Part shown: positions 32,998 to 40,249 of the stretch, piece after piece
Layout of the letters: each line of letters begins with the position of its first letter
How positions within the stretch are numbered: the first letter of the stretch is position 1
Assembly (NCBI GenBank): GCA_034433695.1
Contig: DAOUAK010000038.1
Location: 2,758-66,757 of the forward strand
DNA from: Chloroflexia bacterium
GTDB lineage: Bacteria; Chloroflexota; Chloroflexia; DTKN01
Direction of reading: 5' to 3'
DNA: 64,000 nucleotides
Program-made: the position numbers and the translations under genes
The notes under the pieces: generated by a model
Database searches by the model: none
What the model saw: only the letters and a program-made list of their open reading frames with translations
Told to the model about the DNA's origin: nothing

Positions 32998-33726
32998 ATG
33001 GAACGAAAACTGAGCATCTCCGCCTTCTTCCCCTGTTACAACGATGGGGGCACGATTGCCAGTATGGTGCTGAGCGCCCTGGTGACGCTCCGCCAGATCA
33101 CCGATGATTACGAGGTCATCGTCGTGGACGATGCCGGAAAGGACTATGCCCTGCTCATCCTGGAGGAATTGGAGCGCATCTATCCGGGGGAGGTGCGCGT
33201 CATCCGCCACGAGAAAAATCGGGGCTATGGTGGGGCGCTACGCAGCGGCTTTGCCGCCGCCACCAAGGAGTGGGTCTTTTACACCGACGGGGACGCCCAG
33301 TACGACCCCCGTGAACTGAAGAATCTCGTGGCGGCCCTGGAGGAGGGGGTGGATGTGGTCAACGGCTACAAGATCGACCGCTCCGACCCCTTACTTCGCA
33401 AGATCATCGGACGCATCTACCACTACACGGCCAAGTTCCTCTTCGGCTTCCGGCTGCGCGATGTGGATTGCGATTTTCGCCTGATCCGCCGGAGCATCTT
33501 CGACCGCATCTCCCTGGAATCGAACCACGGGACGATCTGCCTGGAAATGGTCAAGAAGATGCAGGATGCCGGCTTTCGCTTTGTCGAGGTGCCGGTCCAC
33601 CACTACCACCGCGCCTACGGCCGCTCCCAATTCTTCAATTTTCCGAGGCTCTGGCGAACGGCCAAAGACCTGGCCCGGCTATGGTGGAAACTGGTGGTTC
33701 GCAAGGAACATCTGAGGCAGCGGTGA
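32998..33726 (+). CDS. Glycosyltransferase family 2
   Basis: ATG 32998. Motifs: SAFFPCYNDGGTI, VIVVDDAGKD, YTDGDAQYDP. Confidence 0.8.
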   Translation: MERKLSISAFFPCYNDGGTIASMVLSALVTLRQITDDYEVIVVDDAGKDYALLILEELERIYPGEVRVIRHEKNRGYGGALRSGFAAATKEWVFYTDGDAQYDPRELKNLVAALEEGVDVVNGYKIDRSDPLLRKIIGRIYHYTAKFLFGFRLRDVDCDFRLIRRSIFDRISLESNHGTICLEMVKKMQDAGFRFVEVPVHHYHRAYGRSQFFNFPRLWRTAKDLARLWWKLVVRKEHLRQR

Positions 33727-34937
33727 TGCGTGTTTTTATGTTATCCTGGGAATATCCCCCCTATGTGGTCGGAGGCCTGGGCAAGCATGTGATGGAACTG
33801 GCCCCGGCCCTGGCCGAGCAGGGGGTCGAGGTGCATCTCATCGTTCCCTGTCTGGCCGGTGGGCCTCTGGAGGAAGGCTGGCGAAACCTCCTTATCCATC
33901 GTGTGGGGATACCCTGGGGGTACGGCCAGGACTTCCCCGGCCTGGTCTCCGAAAACAATGGGCTTTTGCGCGAGCGGGCCGAGCGGCTGATGGAGGAGGT
34001 CGGCCGGCCCGACCTCCTGCACGCCCATGACTGGCTCGTGGCCCGGGCTTCCATCGAGTGCAAACATCGCCATCGCCTGCCCCTCATCGCCACCATCCAC
34101 GCCACCGAACGGGGACGAGGCCAGGGTACCCTCTCCGGAGAGACCTCGCAGACTATCCACAGCATCGAGTGGTGGCTCACCTACGAAGCCTGGCGGATCA
34201 TCTGCACCAGCCGCTATATGGCCCACCAGGGGCAGGAATACTTTGCCGTGCCGGCCGACAAACTCGATGTCATCCCCAACGGCGTGGACCCCAGCCGCTT
34301 CCAGGCCCTCGAGGGGGAAGACCTCCGTGCCTTTCGCCAGAACTATGCGGCCCCCGACGAAAAGATGGTCCTCTATGTCGGCCGAATCGTGGCCGAAAAG
34401 GGGGTGCCAGTGCTTATCGAGGCCGTTCCCCGGATCCTGGCGCGCTACGACAGGGCAAAATTCGTCATCGTCGGGACCGGACCGCTCCTGGAGCCCCTGC
34501 GCCGGCGGGCCGAGGAACTGGGCGTGGGCCGGCGCATCTATTTTGTCGGCTACGTCCCGGACTATACCCGCGACCGCCTCTTCAAGGTGGCCGACGTGGC
34601 CGTCTTCCCCAGCCTTTACGAGCCGTTCGGCATCGTTGCCCTGGAGGCGATGGCGGCCCGCACACCGGTGGTGGTAACCGAGACCGGAGGGCTGGCCGAG
34701 GTAGTGCGCCACGCCGAGACTGGCATCACCGTCTATCCGGGCGATCCCGATTCCCTGGCCTGGGGCATCCTGCATACCCTGGAGCACCCGGAGTGGGCCC
34801 GCCTGCGGGTGGAAAACGCCTACCGCGAGGTCCTGGAGCGCTACAACTGGACGACCCTCGCCCGGCAGACCATCGCGGTGTACGAGCGGGTCCGGGAGGA
34901 GTATGAGCGAAGTGGATGGGGGAAAGCCGAGCGATGA
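33726..34937 (+). CDS. Glycosyltransferase family 4 (GlgM / glycogen-synthase-like)
   Basis: The ATG overlaps the upstream TGA. N-terminus MRVFMLSWEYPPYVVGGLGKHV, and the C-terminal EPFGIVALEAM motif. Confidence 0.8.
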   Translation: MRVFMLSWEYPPYVVGGLGKHVMELAPALAEQGVEVHLIVPCLAGGPLEEGWRNLLIHRVGIPWGYGQDFPGLVSENNGLLRERAERLMEEVGRPDLLHAHDWLVARASIECKHRHRLPLIATIHATERGRGQGTLSGETSQTIHSIEWWLTYEAWRIICTSRYMAHQGQEYFAVPADKLDVIPNGVDPSRFQALEGEDLRAFRQNYAAPDEKMVLYVGRIVAEKGVPVLIEAVPRILARYDRAKFVIVGTGPLLEPLRRRAEELGVGRRIYFVGYVPDYTRDRLFKVADVAVFPSLYEPFGIVALEAMAARTPVVVTETGGLAEVVRHAETGITVYPGDPDSLAWGILHTLEHPEWARLRVENAYREVLERYNWTTLARQTIAVYERVREEYERSGWGKAER

Positions 34938-34947
34938 GAGGTGAAGG

Positions 34948-35661
34948 ATGATGCTAGCCGAGATGACCTGGAAAGAGGTAGCCGTCTATCTGGAAAACGA
35001 TGACCGCATCATCGTGCCGGTAGGAAGCACGGAACAGCACGGCCCACGGGCGGTCATCGGAACCGACTATCTGGTGCCGGCCGGAATCGCCCGCGAGGTC
35101 GGCCGGCGCAGCGGGGTGCTGGTGGCTCCGCCCCTCTGCTACGGCATGTCCCTTCACCACATGGCCTTCCCGGGGACGATTTCCCTGCGTCCCAGCACCC
35201 TCCTCCAGGTGACCTGTGACATCCTGGCTTCGCTGGCCCGCCACGGCTTTCGACGCATTCTCCTCCTGAACGGCCACGGCGGCAACACGCCGGCCCTGCT
35301 CGCCGGCATCGCCGAAGCTAACGACCTTCACCCCGAACTGGGGATCAAACTCCTCTCCTGGTGGGAACTTGCTGCCGTCAAGGCCGTCCTGGATGAGGCC
35401 TTTGGGGAAAAGGAGGACGGTCACGGCACGCCCGGGGAGACCTCGCTGGTGATGGCCCTTTGCCCGGGAATCGTCTCCGACCGGCCGGTTGAGGTCCGGC
35501 CGGTGGTGCGGCCGGCGGTTTGGCCCAACGCCCGGGTCTGGGCCGAGCACTACCCGGACGGCTCGGGCGGCGCGGACGTCAATCTGGCCTCAGAGGAGTG
35601 GGGGCGACGCCTCCTGGAGGCTGCCGTGGCCGCAGTGCTGGACGAACTGGAACGCTGGTAA
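34948..35661 (+). CDS. Creatininase-family amidohydrolase
   Basis: The VPVGSTEQHGP motif and LNGHGGN. Confidence 0.75.
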   Translation: MMLAEMTWKEVAVYLENDDRIIVPVGSTEQHGPRAVIGTDYLVPAGIAREVGRRSGVLVAPPLCYGMSLHHMAFPGTISLRPSTLLQVTCDILASLARHGFRRILLLNGHGGNTPALLAGIAEANDLHPELGIKLLSWWELAAVKAVLDEAFGEKEDGHGTPGETSLVMALCPGIVSDRPVEVRPVVRPAVWPNARVWAEHYPDGSGGADVNLASEEWGRRLLEAAVAAVLDELERW

Positions 35662-35671
35662 GGGGTGCCCG

Positions 35672-36946
35672 ATGGATGTACATGCCGTTCGCGCCGATTT
35701 TCCCATCCTCCAACGCACCGTCCACGGCAAGCCGCTCATCTACCTGGATAACGCGGCCACCACCCAGCGGCCGCGCCAGGTCCTGGAGACGCTGGTAACC
35801 TTCTACAGCCACTACAACGCCAACATCCACCGCTCTCCCCACCTTTTGGGCCAGGAAGCCACCCTGCTTTATGCGCAGGCCCACGAAAACGTGGCCCGCT
35901 TCATCGGGGCGGAGGACGAGGGGGAGGTGATCTTTGTCCGCAACACCACCGAAGCCGTCAACCTGGTGGCAAACTCGCTCCTGCGCCGCGAAAGCGGGCC
36001 GCTGCGGTTGCTGCCGGGCGATGAGGTGCTCATCACCGTCATGGAGCACCATTCCAACCTGGTGCCCTGGCAGGCCCTTTCCCAGGAGGCCGGCCTGACC
36101 TTGCGCGTGGTAGACATCCGGGAAGACGGCACCCTAGACCTGGCCGACCTGGAGGCCCAATTGGGGCCGCGCACCCGGCTGGTCTGCTGTGCCCACGTCT
36201 CCAACGTCCTGGGGACGATCAACCCGGTAGCGGAGATTGCCCGTCGGGTCCACGCATCCGGTGCCCTCCTTCTGGTGGATGGGGCGCAGTCGGTGCCCCA
36301 CATGCCGGTGAACGTGCGGGAACTGGAGTGCGACTTCCTGACCTTTTCCGGGCACAAGATGCTGGCCCCCTTCGGCATCGGCGTCCTCTACGGCCGGCGG
36401 GCCCTCCTAGAACGGATGGCTCCCTTCCTCTACGGCGGGGATATGATCGCCGATGTCACGCTGGAGCATTCCACCTGGAACGAGTTGCCCTGGAAGTTCG
36501 AGGCCGGAACGGCCAATGTGGCCGGCGGCATCGCCCTGGGCGGAGCCGTGGACCTCTGGAGCGGCCGGAAACTGGTGGGGGCCGTGGATTACCTCCAGGA
36601 GATCGGCATGGAGCAGGTCCAGGCTCACGAGCGGGAGTTGCTGGCCCAACTCCTGCAGGGACTCCAGGCTATCCCCCGCGTCCGCGTCTACGGCCCCCTG
36701 GAGCCGGAACGGCGGGGGGCAGCCGTCTCCTTCACGGTGGAGGGCAGCAACCCTCACCTGATCGCCCAGTTTCTGGACGACGAGGGCATCGCCGTGCGGG
36801 CCGGCGGCCATTGCGCCCACCCGTTGGCCCGGCGGTTGGGCGTGGCGGGAACGGTGCGCGTCAGCCCTTATATCTACAACACTTCCGAGGAAATCGAGCG
36901 CTTCCTGGATGTTCTGGAGGGAATTGTGAGGAGGCAGGCGCTGTGA
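35672..36946 (+). CDS. Cysteine desulfurase (class V aminotransferase, SufS/CsdA-like)
   Basis: YLDNAATTQRP, PLP-Lys in FSGHKMLAPFGIGVLYG, and active-site Cys in RAGGHCAHPL. Confidence 0.85.
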   Translation: MDVHAVRADFPILQRTVHGKPLIYLDNAATTQRPRQVLETLVTFYSHYNANIHRSPHLLGQEATLLYAQAHENVARFIGAEDEGEVIFVRNTTEAVNLVANSLLRRESGPLRLLPGDEVLITVMEHHSNLVPWQALSQEAGLTLRVVDIREDGTLDLADLEAQLGPRTRLVCCAHVSNVLGTINPVAEIARRVHASGALLLVDGAQSVPHMPVNVRELECDFLTFSGHKMLAPFGIGVLYGRRALLERMAPFLYGGDMIADVTLEHSTWNELPWKFEAGTANVAGGIALGGAVDLWSGRKLVGAVDYLQEIGMEQVQAHERELLAQLLQGLQAIPRVRVYGPLEPERRGAAVSFTVEGSNPHLIAQFLDDEGIAVRAGGHCAHPLARRLGVAGTVRVSPYIYNTSEEIERFLDVLEGIVRRQAL

Positions 36947-37332
36947 GTACCCGATATACCCCGACGCTGCTGGAGCACTTTACCCACCCCCGCCACGTAG
37001 GGATGCTGGAGGATGCCGACGCTTCCGGCCAGGGAGGGGGAGGACCGCTCTGTCCGGAGGATATGGCCTACGTCTGGATCAAGGTCCGCGAGGGCCGCAT
37101 CGTCGAAATCGGCCACAAGACGATGGGCTGCCCGGTCGCCATTGCCTCCAGCAGTCTGACCTGCTCCCTGGCCGAGGGCAAAACCCTGGAGGAGGCGCTC
37201 CAGATCACCCCGGAGGTGGTCATCGAGGCCCTGGGAGGCGTCCCGGAGCGCAAAGCCGATTCGGTGGTGGCTCCGGAAGCCCTGCGCCGGGCCATCGAAT
37301 CGTACCTGGCCTCCCATGTCTCGGGTGAATGA
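36943..37332 (+). CDS. IscU/NifU-N-like Fe-S scaffold homologue (atypical Cys set)
   Basis: The GTG overlaps the sufS-like stop (GTGA). Motifs HPRHVGML, LCPEDM and MGCPVAIASSSL are present. The usual HC near the C-terminus reads DS here. Confidence 0.7.
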   Translation: MSTRYTPTLLEHFTHPRHVGMLEDADASGQGGGGPLCPEDMAYVWIKVREGRIVEIGHKTMGCPVAIASSSLTCSLAEGKTLEEALQITPEVVIEALGGVPERKADSVVAPEALRRAIESYLASHVSGE

Positions 37333-37344
37333 ACCTCAAATCCT

Positions 37345-37367
37345 ATCGAGGGCCCAGGGCCCTCGAT
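37345..37367 (+). terminator. Hairpin terminator after the IscU-like gene
   Basis: ATCGAGGGCC (37345-37354), loop CAG, then GGCCCTCGAT (37358-37367). The stem is a perfect 10 bp. The downstream T tract is poor. Confidence 0.55.
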
Positions 37368-37405
37368 CTTCGGGTGCCGCCCTCCAACTGTGTAACCTAT
37401 CACAT

Positions 37406-37434
37406 TTGACAAAGGGAAGACTTCGTGGTATAGT
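37406..37434 (+). promoter_or_regulatory. Near-consensus sigma-70 promoter with extended -10
   Basis: TTGACA (37406-37411), a 17-nt spacer, then TGgTATAGT (-10 at 37429-37434). Confidence 0.7.
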
Positions 37435-37440
37435 TTATTT

Positions 37441-37582
37441 ATCCCCGTTCGGCCTGGCCGGCGGGGTTGGAGGTTGCGTTTCGATGGACGAGGATTATCA
37501 ACGTAGTCGGGGACTGTGCGAGTCCGGGTGCGGGGCATCCGACCCGGGGGAGGTGGCTATGCCGATAGCCACCTGATCTTTT
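37441..37582 (+). promoter_or_regulatory. Structured 5' leader ending in an intrinsic terminator (attenuator / candidate riboswitch) upstream of the MgtE-N/CBS-NRMT operon
   Basis: Local hairpins CCCCG...CGGGG and GGACU-GUGCG-AGUCC. The terminator is AGGTGGCTAT-GCCG-ATAGCCACCT (37551-37574) followed by GATCTTTT. Confidence 0.6.
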
Positions 37583-37719
37583 CCCCCGGTTCCCCCGCCT
37601 GAGGTCCCCCAGTCCCCTCCGAGATCGAAAGTACGCAAAACTTCAAAGCCATCTCATAGGATGTACAGGTGGAGTACCGGGTCCAGCCGTATGGGCCTGG
37701 GAACCACGGGAGGTGGACC

Positions 37720-38976
37720 GTGCCGTATGTCAGCACGCTCCTGGGGAAGCCTGTTACCGACGTGGAAGGCAACCGCGTCGGCCGGCTGCAGGACCTCGTT
37801 GCCTCGCTCCGGGGTGCCATGCCCCATCCCATGATTGTGGCCCTGGCCGTCCGGAATCCCGAGGGCCTTCGCCTGGTCCCCATTTCTTCCGTGGCCGTCC
37901 TGATCGCTCCGGCCATTCCCCTCCGCCATCGCCTGCGGGATATTCCCTCTTACACCCCGGGCGAGCAGGAACTGTACCTGGCCCGCGATGTGCTCGATAA
38001 GCAGATCATTGATACCCGTGGAGCGCGCGTGGTGCGGGTCAACGACCTGGAACTGGCCCGGATCAACAACCACTTTTATGTGGCCAATGTAGACGTCGGT
38101 GGGCTGGGACTTTTGCGACGCCTGGGACTTGCAGGCCCGGTCGAGAAGATCGCCCGCTGCCTGAAGCGCCCGCTCCGATCCGTCAGCATCTCCTGGGACG
38201 CGGTCGAACTCCTCCCTGGCCAGAACTCGATGCGCCTGAAGGTGCCGGGGGAGAAACTGGCCGAACTGCACCCGGCCGACCTGGCCGAAATCATCAGCGA
38301 CCTCAGCCGCGTTGAGGGAAGCCGGTTGATCGAGACACTCGATGTCAAGACCCTGGCCGATACCCTGGAGGAGATCGAGCCGGACTTCCAGGCCAGCCTG
38401 ATCGAAGCCATGCCCGACGAGAAGGTGGCCGATGTGCTGGAGGAAATGGCCCCCGACGAGGCGGCGGACCTTCTGGCCGAACTGCCCCAGGAACGCAGCC
38501 GGGAACTCCTGGAACTGATGGAGGATGAGGAGGCCGAGGACGTTCGGAAACTGCTGGCCTATCCGGAGGACACGGCCGGCGGCATTATGAACACCGAGTT
38601 CGTCGCCATCCGCCCCAACCTGACGGCGGAGGAGGCCATCGCCGTCCTGCGGGAGACGGCCCACGAGGCCGAGACCATCTATTACGTGTACGTTACGGAT
38701 GAGGAGGGCCATCTCCTGGGGGTGTTCTCCCTGCAGGACCTGGTGCTGGCCCAGCCCAAGACGCCGGTAACCGACTTTATGCACCACCGCGTGGTCAACG
38801 TCCATCTGCGCGACAGCCAGGACAAGGTGGCCCAGATCGTGGCCAAGTACAATTTGCTGGCCGTACCGGTGGTGGACGATGAGGGTCGGATGCACGGCAT
38901 CGTCACCGCCGATGACGCCCTGGATAAGATCATTCCCACCGCCTGGAAGAAACGCCTGCCGAAGATGTGGGGGTAA
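37720..38976 (+). CDS. Soluble protein with two PRC-barrel-like domains, an MgtE N-domain and a CBS pair, and no MgtE TM domain
   Basis: GTG 37720 lies 4 nt after GGGAGGTGG. The MgtE_N pattern is HPADLAEIISDL...EEMAPDEAADLLAELP...LLAYPEDTAGGIMNTEF. A CBS pair follows. The protein ends about 15 aa after the CBS pair (...IVTADDALDKIIPTAWKKRLPKMWG) and has no hydrophobic segments. Confidence 0.8.
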   Translation: MPYVSTLLGKPVTDVEGNRVGRLQDLVASLRGAMPHPMIVALAVRNPEGLRLVPISSVAVLIAPAIPLRHRLRDIPSYTPGEQELYLARDVLDKQIIDTRGARVVRVNDLELARINNHFYVANVDVGGLGLLRRLGLAGPVEKIARCLKRPLRSVSISWDAVELLPGQNSMRLKVPGEKLAELHPADLAEIISDLSRVEGSRLIETLDVKTLADTLEEIEPDFQASLIEAMPDEKVADVLEEMAPDEAADLLAELPQERSRELLELMEDEEAEDVRKLLAYPEDTAGGIMNTEFVAIRPNLTAEEAIAVLRETAHEAETIYYVYVTDEEGHLLGVFSLQDLVLAQPKTPVTDFMHHRVVNVHLRDSQDKVAQIVAKYNLLAVPVVDDEGRMHGIVTADDALDKIIPTAWKKRLPKMWG

Positions 38977-38978
38977 AG

Positions 38979-40235
38979 ATGACGTTCGGGCAACGTTTCA
39001 GGCCGTTCTGGGTACGCCTCCTGGCCTTCCTGTCGGTCATTGGGCCGGGCATCATCACCGCGAATGTGGATAACGATGCCGGCGGCATCACGACCTATTC
39101 CGTCGCCGGTGCCCACTATGGCTACGATCTGCTGTGGATGATGCCGCTGGTCGCGCTGGCCCTGATCGTGGTGCAGGAGATGAGTGCCCGGCTGGGAGTG
39201 GTCACCGGACGGGGGCTGGCCGCGCTGATTCGGGAGAACCTGGGGGCGCGCCTGACGGCGGTGGTCATCGGCATCCTGGTGCTGGCCAATCTGGCCAACA
39301 CGGTGAGCGAATTTGCCGGCATCGCCGCCGGCATGGAGATCTTCGGGGTCAGCAAGTACATTTCGGTGCCGCTGGCCGGCCTGGCGGTGTGGCTGCTCGT
39401 CATCCGGGGCAACTACCGTTCGGTGGAAAAGGTCTTCCTGGTGGCCAGCGGACTTTACCTTTGCTATGTGGCCTCGGGCCTCCTGGCCCGGCCCCGGTGG
39501 GAAGAGGTCCTCCACGCCCTTGTCCGGCCCTCCTTCCGCCTGGAGAGCGGCTTTATGACCATGGCCATCACCATCGTGGGAACGACAATCGCCCCCTGGA
39601 TGCAGTTCTACCAGCAGTCGGCCATCGCCGACAAGGGGTTGAAGCCGGCCGATTACCGTTACGAGCGGCTGGATGTGATCGTGGGCTCCCTCTTTGCCGT
39701 CTTTGTGGCGGCCTTTATCACCATTTCCTGCGCTGCCACCATCTACGGCCGCGCTCACATCGAGACGGCCCAGGACGCTGCCCGGGCGCTGGGTCCGCTG
39801 GCCGGCCCCTACGCTTCCACGCTCTTTGCCTTCGGCCTCCTCAATGCCTCGCTTTTTTCGGCAGCCATCTTGCCCCTCTCCACCGCCTATGTGGTCTGCG
39901 AAGCCTTCGGATGGGAATTGGGCCTGGGCCACCGGTGGAAGGAAGCCCCCATCTTCTTCGGGACTTTTACGGCCCTGATCGTCCTGGGAGGCGGGGTGGT
40001 CCTTTTGCCGATCCCTTCGCTGGTCCAGGCGATGATGTTCAGCCAGACCCTCAACGGCATCCTTCTGCCGCTCGTCCTGGTGGTGATGCTCCGCCTGGTC
40101 AACGACCGTCGCCTGATGGGCCATTTCGTCAATGGTCGGGTGCTCAATGCCTTCTCCTGGGCCTCGGCGGGATTGGTCATCCTGCTCACGGCCCTTCTGG
40201 TGCTCAGCCCCTTTCTGCCCGTTCCGGGCACTTGA
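38979..40235 (+). CDS. NRAMP-family transporter with a non-canonical metal site (NRMT-like, putative Mg2+ transporter)
   Basis: ATG 38979 follows GGGGGT (an alternative ATG is at 38967). The fold is NRAMP-like (GPGIITANVDNDAGG...YGYDLLWMM). TM1 reads D-A-G-G instead of D-P-G-N. TM6 reads GTTIAPW instead of GATVMPH. Confidence 0.75.
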   Translation: MTFGQRFRPFWVRLLAFLSVIGPGIITANVDNDAGGITTYSVAGAHYGYDLLWMMPLVALALIVVQEMSARLGVVTGRGLAALIRENLGARLTAVVIGILVLANLANTVSEFAGIAAGMEIFGVSKYISVPLAGLAVWLLVIRGNYRSVEKVFLVASGLYLCYVASGLLARPRWEEVLHALVRPSFRLESGFMTMAITIVGTTIAPWMQFYQQSAIADKGLKPADYRYERLDVIVGSLFAVFVAAFITISCAATIYGRAHIETAQDAARALGPLAGPYASTLFAFGLLNASLFSAAILPLSTAYVVCEAFGWELGLGHRWKEAPIFFGTFTALIVLGGGVVLLPIPSLVQAMMFSQTLNGILLPLVLVVMLRLVNDRRLMGHFVNGRVLNAFSWASAGLVILLTALLVLSPFLPVPGT

Positions 40236-40249
40236 TTCGGAGGAGGAAG

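Noticed and set aside
37441-37582. An M-box (ykoK) Mg2+ riboswitch upstream of the MgtE-like gene.
   Set aside because: The conserved blocks GUUAGGUGAGGCUCC and GUGCUAAAGCUCUACG are absent. The leader is also shorter than a typical M-box. I kept it as an unclassified leader in the findings rather than calling it an M-box.
39134-40249. Long N-terminal extensions of track ORFs. Examples are 39134-41968 (944 aa), 44223-46586 (787 aa), 14276-15946, 61976-63442, 36328-37332, 35489-36946, 33468-34937 and 32830-33726.
   Set aside because: The extensions overlap well-supported upstream genes in another frame and are Pro/Gly/Arg-rich. Internal starts with good RBSs or ATGA/GTGA coupling give proteins of normal family length.
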